Source: Schmidtea nova
Lineage: Eukaryota
NCBI GenBank assembly: GCA_044892505.1
Contig: CM097883.1
Span: 423,956,001-424,020,000, forward strand
Direction of reading: 5' to 3'
DNA length: 64,000 nt
Shown here: positions 53,092-64,000 of the stretch, in pieces
Layout: each line of letters opens with the position of its first letter
Position numbering within the stretch: the first letter of the stretch is position 1
The notes under the pieces: model-generated
Databases searched by the model: none
Seen by the model: the letters and a program-made list of their open reading frames with translations, nothing else
What the model was told of the DNA's origin: nothing
Translations under genes and position numbers: made by a program

Positions 53092-56000
53092 TACAGTCAC
53101 ATTATTTTCTTCATCGAATTTCAATAGTTTTCCATGATTTCTATTGAAAATTTACAATAGTCTTAGTTTCTTTAACGTGAAATATTTTTTTCCAGAGTTA
53201 TTTAATATATAAATCAATTTAAAATTTTTCTCAGTAAGCTTCTTATTCTTTTTTTTATTTTAGTATGATGAATAAGTGCATTTCAGTAAACAATTCTTAT
53301 ATGAATATTTATTTCATTGGATATTTTATTTATATTTTTCGAATATTCGTCATTGTGTCATTGTACGTTGAAAACAAGCATTAATTAAATATTAATTAAA
53401 TTAGTAAATCCTAAAAATGTTTATAAATATTTTTCGTATTGAGAAAAAGTATTATCTGATGTTACTAATTTATCCAGGGCCCTAAAAGGTAAGATGGGGC
53501 CTGGAGCAATTATATAGTTTTTGGGTGCTTGTAAATAATAAAGAAGAATATCTTTCAAAAATTCGAAATAAAAAGATGGTAATATACAAAACTAAATAAT
53601 TATATAAAATATTTATTTGGTAGCCACAGATGATTTTAACCGAATTCCATTTATTTAATTTGAAATTTCACGATATAAAAAAATAATAAAAAAATAATAA
53701 AAAATAAAAAAATAATAAAAAATAAAAAATTACTAAAAAATAAAAAAAATAATAATAATTCCTCGTAGGAATGATAGCTGATATCCCCCTCAACTAATTT
53801 ATGAAAATATTTTAATTTTTATCATTAGGTGAACATTTGCATTCCCCCCAAAATTAACTTAAAAATAAAGATTATGAATTTTAATACGATATTAATTAAA
53901 ATGCTCAATTAAAATGGCCATTATTATAAATATCTTTTAATCTAAATTAAAAGGGGTCTCTTCCATGTCTTTGATATATGCAAAAAAATAGCAAAAAAAT
54001 ATTAAATTTAAAATATTATATTACAAAAGGATGGAAGTCGAGCACTTTTTCTCTCACCTGTAAGGGGTGTGTACTCTTCGGATTAAGCACTCACTTCGGT
54101 GCATGCTTCATAATTCTTAACCAAAAAATATACTTAAAATCTAAGGCAATTCAATCACAGAATTAAAGGTAACATGATTTATTTTCAAGAATGTTTCTAA
54201 TCTGAAAAAAAAATATTTCTTTAAATAAATTTCCAACTCCAATTTTATTTTATCAAAAATGAAATTAATAATAAAAGTAAAAAATAAATACAAAAAAAAC
54301 TCATTTTTTCAAGTTCTCAATTATGGAACAGTTTATTCACTCTTAATCACAATTGGGTGCCCATAAACAGCGTGCAATTTTATCTTTGTCAATCTTTAAT
54401 ACTTTCTGCACTTGTGTGAATATTTATTAGCATTTCTAAAACACTTAGAGCGCCGTTACTCAATGACTATTTGTGTGGGTTTTAAACATTTATCTGGGAA
54501 CTATTAAGAGATTTTTTTTTCTCCTTTATGTTGACCACATTGAAATGTGAATCCTATTGATCTGTAAACAATCCATTTCACCCTATACCAAGCTAATTAC
54601 CAAAATCACTCGTGAATCATTCAATCACGCTCCACTTGCAACACTCTCTCTGCCACTTCATAGTTATAGCTGTCACCTTTAAATACTTCATTTCCAAGGT
54701 GTGCCAAGTTTAGAAATAAATTTTAGAGTGAAATTTTAAAGAAATGGCGACAGAGTTAAAATCAGTTTTCTCTATAAAAAAAAACATTTTTGTCATGTTT
54801 GATATGAATATTTCAGTTGAAATAGATGTTATTTTGACTTCCGAGTCTTTGAAATATTTATTTTTTAATTTTAAATTAATTGGAAAATTTTTTTGAAGTT
54901 ATTTCACGGTCTGATTGTGCTAGGTTTTTGTATTTGAAAATATACTACTAGCTAGCCTCTCGTAAGATATTCAGGATTTTTCGGAATAATACGCGTTACT
55001 GCCACCCTCCGGTTTTTGTGTAAATATTTTTGTTTTACCTTAAAGCTACTTTTAATAAATAAAAATATCAAGTTGTAATTCACTTGTTCCAAAGAAATAT
55101 GTTGAGGTCGGTAGCTAGTTGAGGGGGCGGCAAGTGAGGTCATATTGAGACGAGGAAGATTTTTGTCAAGCAAGAATAATATTAATTGTTTCAGGTTTTA
55201 AAATAAACGACATTTACATATAATAGAAAAACAACAAATTGATAAATATAATTAGACATTACATTTTTTGAGCTTTGATGTATATTGCAGATTTGTAACA
55301 GCAAACGACAGTGCCGTATCAAGATTAGGATTTGCATTTTTTGAGCTTTGATGATGATAATAATAAGTTTTTTAAAACATTTTTACAAGTCGTTTTTTTC
55401 AGGTTTTCTTGCAATTTAGGTTTTGTTAAGAAATAAATGTTTGATAAAAATTTTTTTTTAAAGCTTAAAAATCATTGCAATTGACTACGTTGGCATTTTA
55501 GACCCGTCGCTTCTCCGCGTACATCACCTGCATCACCTGCGATTGCAGGGGACTCACAAAACAATAAAGCTCCATAAAAAAATGTTTCCCCCCCCTTTTT
55601 TAGAGTAAATTATAGAGTATAAGCATGGAAAAACTCAGAATGAGTCTATGTCACTTCAACAGAAATTTTAAGCTTTATAAACATCCAAATCAAAATTTCT
55701 TTTCATTCGAGAATTCTTTCTTTTCATATGAGAATACCACTTTTTAAGTTATCAAACAGAATGCTAGAAGTCATTTATCTATATAAGCACCCGGCAAACT
55801 AAGACGACTGTCGGGTGCCGATCTATATGATCTCTGTCGCTATATTATTTTTTTATAAAAACATATGGGGATAAACTTGCCTTTTATATACTGTTGTACC
55901 GTCCAAATCAACATGTTGAAATGTCAAATGTCTTTTATTTTATTAATTTTAAAATTTTTTTCAATTCAATACAAATTTTTAATATTTTTTTGTAATTTAT

Positions 56001-58706
56001 TTCAATAATAATTGAAAAATACAGTCTCGAAAACTTGTCTTGAATCGGAAAAATATGAAAATACCATAAAAAGATCAAAGGTGAAATAGATTGTATATAA
56101 ATTGTCTCTTTTGTACGTATTTTTTGTTCTTTAGAAATAGAAATGTTACGTCTAACTTTTCTTTTCTTTGCCACAAAATTAAATAAGCTGTAAGCAAATT
56201 TAAATTTAAATAAAATGTTATTTCTTTCAACGAATTGAAGTTTACAAATATTATTCTGAGTACATACACCATTTCTAAATTCTTTCTACAATATAGCAGA
56301 AATCTGCATGCACTGCCTGATGCATACACACATACTTAGTCGTAGAATGCAATCAAAATCACGGGACAAACTATATTACCTATCAAACAACAAAAAAGAT
56401 TATCATGAGTGTGACTTCGAAATTGTCGCTTATAGCAATAAATTTGATACATATTTGTGATTATATTTTTTGAAACACGTACAAAAACTGTGCAAGATAA
56501 TTATTTCGTAAAATTAAAAAAAAATAATATAAATTGAAAAAAATTAAAATTACGAGTTTACGAGGGGAAATAGGTAAATGATGAGACGAGTATGAATATA
56601 ATAATTTAAAATCAAATCGAAATACAAAATAATTGATAAAAACCAATTTACTTAATTGAATAACAAGAGTTCCTAAAGTTGTCAAGGACAAAATTAAATT
56701 TATTTTTAATTTACAGTAAAGTGTCCGAGTCTAAAAGCGTGTTTTATTAAATTATTACAAATTGCCATTCTAGTGTAAGAAAACGAGTTGAATTAAAAGG
56801 AAAAGGACATCTTCTTTATTATTATTATTAAGCAAAATAATTTGAATGGGTGTAATTTGTAGTAACAATAAAAACTTTTCGTGTTGAAAATATTTTTATT
56901 GATCAAAAACACATGGAGTTAGATTTGCAATTCAATCCTACTGAAATATAATCACAACTCAATAATATAATCTACAATTGTAATTTTCTTTCAGTAAACA
57001 TACAATATCATGAACAGCTCCCTTTTTTGTCGTTTTGTGGATGTACAATATTGCATAATATGACAATTGTCTAACCGGATGCTTGTGGGTTTGAATGCAT
57101 GAAGATGTGTGCGTGTGTGTGTCCAATTATCGGAAGGAGATTTGTGGAAATTCTACTGGTTTTTTTATTGTAAGAAGCGGACTCAAACATTTTTGTTGAA
57201 TAATTGATAAAATAAAAATATTTTGCTTTTCATTTTCTCTTACGTTTATCTATAATAAAGATTCTATTATGTCATAGGTTACCAATCTTTTAACCTTCCG
57301 CCCTCTTTTCAGAAAAAACACACACGGACTCCGGTTTTTAAAATCAATAACGTAGCCCATAGTTTCTCACCTAATTAGGACCATATTCCACCTTTTAAAA
57401 CCGTGAATCGAAAGGGTCCCTATATTAAATTATATATTAAAAAACGAAAGCAGATTTTAAAAAATACTATTGGTGTATTGCCAAAAGTTTGATTAACAAA
57501 TATATATTATTAAAGTATTAATATAATATTATTAGTGAGAGGACTGAATGTTTACCCTAAATATCATAATACTTCTTTTTTTGTTGTTCATTTGATTGGT
57601 AATAATAATTACTTTGGTTTCGGTAAAAACTGCACCTCCTTCATAATATACGAGAACAACTAAACTTTCTGGAATTGATTTGAATTTTTCTCTACTCTTG
57701 CCTTTAAAAAAGAGAAAACAAATAATACGGCGACCACATGACCAGAGGCGTAATTGGATTTTTGATTTTGGTTTAAATGAAATATATTTAAATATAATTA
57801 ATAATTACCATTATTTTTATTGAGGATAAAAGTGAAATATCGATTTAAATTAAAATTTTATTAGAGATTCAGTGACGCCCTTGGCAACTGTCTCGATGCC
57901 AAGTTGTTGTTATTTCACTTATAGCACGCTTTCTATGGATATTTTTAAATAAGTGCTAAAATTTCTTAATTAAGTAATAACTTAATAAATCAAATAATGG
58001 TATATTTTCCTTTATACTTGATTGAATGTAGATTTACATTTTTATTTATTTTATTTATTTACTTCTATAACAGTCTCACTACTTGTTGTGCACATCATGT
58101 AACTTTTTTCCGTTTATTTGAAATCTCTGAATTTTTTAAAATTCAGAAGGATTATATACAACAATTTGTGCATTGTGAATTGTGAACTGAATTTCAAAAC
58201 AAATAAATGAAAACAAATTATTAAAAATTTCTTACAATTTATAAACCAAGATCTCCATTTTCTAACTTTTCACTCAAATAAACAAACAAAAAAATAAGAA
58301 TTATTATTAGAAATATTACCGAAATCACAATTAAAATCAACATAAATATACAATTGACTATATTTATATCGTATAAACATTTTATTCAAGTATTTTATTC
58401 ATTTTTTGTGAGTATAAATAAACAAATAAAAACAAAGAGCGATTGCATGTCTTTTCAAAAAGTCATCCCAAAAATTTGTTTGTGCACAGAGAAATTGTTT
58501 GTATTGTATTTAATCAAGTACTTAATATTTAATAAATTCTTGGAAAAATAAAAATATAAAAAAATTAATTTAGAATATTCTTAATAAAAACAAAATATTA
58601 TAAAAATTTGTACACGTGTTTATTTTACATCAGAAAATTTGAATGGTTTATTTATGTTTTTATACTCTTTAAAAAGTCCCGGGAGGAGTAATTTAGGGGA
58701 AATGAG

Positions 58707-59164
58707 CAGTGGCGTCACTAGGGAGGTGCGAAGGGGGTGCAGACAACACCGGGGGACACCATCACAAGAGGTGACAACAAAATGCAAATATCACTGTCTA
58801 TGATTCTATGTCACTCCATGAAATTATTCTTATGTATTGTTTCAGCCAAGCGCCCAGCAACAGAAATGTATTGTATTATTGAAATATAAAAATATTTCTG
58901 GTCGATGCTCTTAAAAACTGTCAAAAACATCGATTTTTGGATCGTCTATAGCCTCCCCGGCACTCCACTGCGGCTTTTTGCACAGTTAGCTAGTTCATTA
59001 CTAACATAACCTACAATAGTGTTTGTTTTGTCCACTGCATGTGCTTAAAAACGCTTTGTTTTTGTCGTTGTATTGTATGTTGGTGGTTTTGAAGTTGTCG
59101 TTAGGGGGGGGGGTGACACCATGATAGATCGCACCGGGTAACACGAACCCTAGTGACGCTACTG
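58707..59164. mobile_element. Non-autonomous hAT element (MITE)
   Basis: 17-bp TIR cagtggcgtcactaggg / cagtagcgtcactaggg and a perfect 8-bp TSD gaaatgag (58699-58706, 59165-59172). Confidence 0.9.
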
Positions 59165-61767
59165 GAAATGAGAACTCCTAGTATGAAAGAGCTGTGTCAA
59201 ATAACGAATGTAAAGATTGATAATTTTAAAAACTAAAGATAGAGTGTAATTTTTCAAATGTGAAAATTTCAATTGAAAATATTGATAAAAATTATAGAGA
59301 AAAAATCAACGAAAAAAAAAACTACTTGCAGATTTATTTGAAAAGTAAGGAAAAATTTTAAAGTTGATTATTTTTGAATTTGATTGTATTTTGAAAATTA
59401 TTTACTGAGTTAAAAAAAAAACGTTTCGAAAATATGGAATGTTTGTTTTAATAATACTGAATTCAAAATTTTTTAATGGTTTTGAAATATCGATTTAGTC
59501 TTAATGGATGCAGGGAATTTAAATACAATAGAAACTAATAACAATAATTAAAACAAAAAAATACTCCGTTTTCGGATTATGTAATCGGATAGTGAACAAT
59601 TTGTAATGCATCGATTGCATGTTCAAGTTAGATGTTATTAAATAAATATTTACATTGAATGCCATTTTCCAGCAGTGCACTTTTTATCTTGATCATTTTT
59701 TTTCTTATGCCATTCTTTTTTTTATTTATTTTTCATTGCTTAAAATTATATGGAAAAGAAGATAGTTAAAATATAAAATATTTCATCTAAAATACATAAG
59801 GAATAGAGATCAATGGGAAAAATCAAATGATATTCATGGTTCATAATCGCTCAAATTCGTGTATTCTACTACAAATGCTTTTTTTCTAATGTGGATTTAT
59901 CTTCGTCATTTGTCAATTGAGTTTTGAAGAAAACATTAAAAAGCGCTATTGTGCATAAAATTGAGCCAACAATATTTGATTGAAACTGTTTCAATCTGAG
60001 ACCCCCTTCGTCTCGGAAATGGAAAAACGCAAAGAGGAATGCTGATTTTTTAGTTGATTGAAAAAAAAATATTAATTCCGTTTCTGAGCTTGACTAGTCT
60101 TCTCCACGGACAAAATACTGGTGAGCTGGAGACTAACTGTCGAAGCTGATTACATCTCGAGATAGGACTGTCGTGTAGTCAATTGTGGGGGGGTGGGACT
60201 TCGGTTACAGCGATGTTGATGGTGTGATAAAGGATGAGCTCGGCCAATTGACGATGATTAATAATGAGCAAGACAGTTAATGCTGGGTAATTTTTCTTAA
60301 TTGGTGTCGTACGACACCTCAACTTATGCTTGGCAAACTGTAAGAAAGTCTTATATGAATTCCTGGACTATCGAGCATTCCTAAATTGTCAAATAAATAT
60401 CAAAAGAAGTGTTAAGTTGATAAATTTCATTTGCATAGTTTGTTTAGAATAATTTACGTTAGTAATATTGAAAAGTAATTGGGTTTATCCTAGTAGATAT
60501 TTCTACAGAGAAATCAAAATTTTCTTTTATTGTCATGATTATTAAATTTAATATATATGGGAGTGAGCAGTTTTGAGAATTACAATATGTAAAATTTATT
60601 TCCATTTTTAATGGATATTTCCAATTTGAAAGCTTTGAAACAATATTTAAAAACCTCGCAAAACTTAAATTTTAAAGANNNNNNNNNNNNNNNNNNNNNN
60701 NNNNNNNNNNNNNNNNNNNNNNNNNNNNNNNNNNNNNNNNNNNNNNNNNNNNNNNNNNNNNNNNNNNNNNNNNNNNNNNNNNNNNNNNNNNNNNNNNNNN
60801 NNNNNNNNNNNNNNNNNNNNNNNNNNNNNNNNNNNNNNNNNNNNNNNNNNNNNNNNNNNNNNNNNNNNNNNNNNNNNNNNNNNNNNNNNNNNNNNNNNNN
60901 NNNNNNNNNNNNNNNNNNNNNNNNNNNNNNNNNNNNNNNNNNNNNNNNNNNNNNNNNNNNNNNNNNNNNNNNNNNNNNNNNNNNNNNNNNNNNNNNNNNN
61001 NNNNNNNNNNNNNNNNNNNNNNNNNNNNNNNNNNNNNNNNNNNNNNNNNNNNNNNNNNNNNNNNNNNNNNNNNNNNNNNNNNNNNNNNNNNNNNNNNNNN
61101 NNNNNNNNNNNNNNNNNNNNNNNNNNNNNNNNNNNNNNNNNNNNNNNNNNNNNNNNNNNNNNNNNNNNNNNNNNNNNNNNNNNNNNNNNNNNNNNNNNNN
61201 NNNNNNNNNNNNNNNNNNNNNNNNNNNNNNNNNNNNNNNNNNNNNNNNNNNNNNNNNNNNNNNNNNNNNNNNNNNNNNNNNNNNNNNNNNNNNNNNNNNN
61301 NNNNNNNNNNNNNNNNNNNNNNNNNNNNNNNNNNNNNNNNNNNNNNNNNNNNNNNNNNNNNNNNNNNNNNNNNNNNNNNNNNNNNNNNNNNNNNNNNNNN
61401 NAAAAGTAAAACTACGAATCAAAATCAAAATTACATTATTTTAATGTTTTAATCACTACAAGCGGCATTTTTTATAAGTTATTAATTACTGTTGGTTAGA
61501 AAGTTTTGGCGATCTGACAAGTTAGCGTGTATTTTAATGCGTATGTATGCATGTTACGGTATGTGTGTAATTAATTGGCACTTTATTTACTGTGATATGA
61601 TTGGTGGAATGAGTGCTGCTTTCAGTTGTCAACACCTTGAACGGCTTTTGTATATTACTTCCGGAACTTATTTAACCATAATTTTGAGATAAAATAATTT
61701 TAAAATTCTAAAATCGTTTGGCATAAAATATTATTTTTAAACATTATATATATATATATAATAATAA

Positions 61768-61811
<44 letters not shown>

Positions 61812-63012
61812 TATAATGTCTAGAAATAATATTTGGTGTTAATGAAATTGGACTATCTGTTTTGTTTGGGATAATTGACAAATTTCTCAAATATATTTTT
61901 AAAATAATTTAAAGATAAACAAATATACAAATACGAATGATGAAATAATGAATCTAATTGGAATGTGATATTTTATGGAATTCTTTTTTATGTGAAATTT
62001 TGTCATTTTAAAACCAACTTTATTTTCTGTTTTTTAAAGACATTCGACTTTTTTTGAAAACAAAAAGTTATTGTCAGTGTAGATTACAAATCACGTAACT
62101 TACTGTGTTTTTTAATAAAAAACATATAAATAAATAAAAAATCGCCCCATTTTCACAATCAATTAAAAAATTGAAATTTATGTTTTTAGTGGACTTAAGG
62201 GATAAAAATGACTTGATAAATATTTAAATAGTTAATTGCATTGGAAATTCTGTTGTTAAAAGGCCCATGTTAAGTTTATTCAATTGTAATAGTAGTGGAC
62301 GATCACTCCTGATTTTGGCCACCTTCGTGTGGTATATGCATGATACGCGAATGCTTCATTTTACGAGTTTCAAAGCATATAATTTGTAAATAATAATGAT
62401 ATGTTTAGCCTAATAAATAGATAAAAATTAGAAAATAATAAAATCGCCAAATCTTATAGTCGCGCATCAATGAATTTATATCCTCCCCTTTTGAATAAAA
62501 ATGTATACCATGGTCATTTTCTAGAATTGTTTCTATTGCTAAATAGATTTGATCCTATTTTGAAACTTCAATTTGAAGATGCTGTAAACATAGGCCTGGT
62601 CCGTAATTGGGATTTTTTACAGAAAATTTAATATCATAAGGAAGCAAATCCGGATAGAGAGGGGGCTAAGAGGGTCATATGACACGGGCCCTCCATTTTT
62701 AAAGGACCCCAATTTCAAATTATTCAGGATAAAAATTTTAATTTTTAAACGAAGGAAAATATTTCATCTCATAAATAGTTCATTAGGCTTCTTTTGAAAA
62801 TTTAAAAATTGTGAAGTAATAAAAAATAATTTGAATTATAAATAGCACAGCAAACACGGCACTAAAATAATTACTTCTAATTTAAAATAATTTTTAATGT
62901 GTTATTATTACAAATTTAACATAGCCAATTGAATTTCGTTAAGTCCAAAAAACAAATAAAATAATACTCCTAGAAAATGGGTGTCTAAAATGAGTTTCAC
63001 ATCGGACGCTAC

Positions 63013-63537
63013 CAGAAGCGCTCGCAGAAAATTTTCTAGGGGGGGGCAAAATATTTTTAGTAATGTTTTAATGTAGTTTTAATTTACTGTAGCGTATATG
63101 TATGGTAAACGAACGGACAGGGCACTGTAGTAATGAAGGGCATACTGTAGCAACAAATTTTTTATTAACACAATATGTTTATATAACAAAAAATATTACA
63201 ACATAAATTTAAAATAAAATTTATTCTTTAAACAAGAACTGGAGTCGTCCGTTATCGCTACCAAACATATCTACAATTTTTTTGTCTTTTTTGTTGCAGT
63301 TCACTTTGTCTCTGTGTACGCTTAACATGCGAAATCCAGACAGACGTTTATCTGACATTGTAGATCTAAGCCATGTTTTTACACAACGTAATGTGCTGAA
63401 CGATCGCTCCACCGTACATGTTGTTGCTGGTAATGTTAGCAAAACTAGTATGTGATTTAAAATAAAAGTAACATTATTTGACTATTTTCTATCAATCCAG
63501 GGGGGCAAGTGTCCCCAACCAACTGTGGGCGCCCATG
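63013..63537 (-). mobile_element. Non-autonomous hAT element retaining the transposase dimerisation-domain end
   Basis: Ends cagaagcgctcgcag / ctgtgggcgcccatg; 8-bp TSD gacgctac / aacgctac. ORF 63221-63442 reads TLPATTCTVERSFSTLRCVKTWLRSTMSDKRLSG. Confidence 0.88.
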
Positions 63538-63887
63538 AACGCTACTAATGCTAGAGCTGGCCCTGCACATAACTGTAGGATTACTTTAGTTGAACGTATT
63601 AAATAGTAAATAAATCAAATTGTAAATTTTATTTTTCCTTTCATTACTCTAGTGCCGTAGCTCAAACCTACTACAATTTCTTGCTAGTAAAAAATTTCCC
63701 TTGCATCCATGCTGCCCTCCTTAGTTACACAACTGTCTTAGACATTTAAAATAGTTCATATTTAATTAGAATTTTATTATTTTATTACTGATTTTTATTT
63801 ATATAATTCAATTCTTCAAAAATGATTATTGTTATTTTATTTCCTTCGTCCGATTGTCATTTTCAATTAACAATTTAATAAATAATG

Positions 63888-63995
63888 AAGCTTTGTGATA
63901 CCCAGTGCAAAACGCCAATAGCAAACTAGTTTCGAGCTTTTGGTCCTCATCAGTGCTATTCAGGAGACACTATTGCACTTGGTATCACAAAGCTT
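63888..63995 (-). ncRNA. Type-I hammerhead ribozyme closing a long hairpin (retrozyme/pLTR-like)
   Basis: aatagca-CTGATGA-ggac caaaa gctc-GAAA-CTAG-TT-tgctatt has a perfect 7-bp stem I. It is enclosed by a 23-bp inverted repeat (63888-63910 / 63973-63995, 1 mismatch). Confidence 0.78.
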
Positions 63996-64000
63996 TACCG

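Noticed and set aside
16426-53137. ORFs with poly-RE, poly-N, poly-Y or poly-IY
   Set aside because: Translations of AG, TAA and TA microsatellites.
57720-57760. ggcgaccac PBS-like motif and cagaggcgtaa hAT-like end
   Set aside because: No LTR, partner TIR or TSD was found.
57880-57905. TTGGC...GCCAA as an NFI autoregulatory site
   Set aside because: The spacer is 12 nt, not 5. No canonical TTGGC(N5)GCCAA was noticed in the window.
154-61444. Long ORFs in the track consisting mostly of X
   Set aside because: Artefacts of translating N-runs; no coding evidence.
1-64000. CRISPR arrays, rRNA, intact tRNA genes and prokaryotic operons
   Set aside because: No repeat-spacer arrays or RNA-gene folds were seen; the sequence is intron-containing eukaryotic DNA.

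Overview
Very AT-rich eukaryotic (animal-like) genomic DNA. The many irregular N-runs, with microsatellites left unmasked and tiny unmasked islands between runs, look like hard-masked interspersed repeats rather than assembly gaps. The species cannot be named from this window. One protein-coding gene is recognisable: a plus-strand, multi-exon, highly divergent Nuclear Factor I (NFI/CTF, MH1-type) transcription factor. Its exons lie at 22423-22632, 25628-25949, 29337-~29623 and 36037-37112, and its first and last exons are unresolved. The DNA-recognition segment is rewritten (RRIDCLRQADKVWRLD becomes RRIDGGKGSDKVWRLD) while the predicted Zn ligands are kept. The rest is intron and intergenic DNA full of mobile-element debris: Penelope-like elements, a degenerate Ty3/gypsy element with both LTRs, Tc1/mariner, pogo and hAT derivatives, LINE fragments and a modular foldback family forming perfect palindromes. 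At least 8 minimal type-I hammerhead-ribozyme motifs from about 4 sequence families are present, one of them at the tip of a long hairpin. All homology calls are motif recognition from memory; no database search was run.
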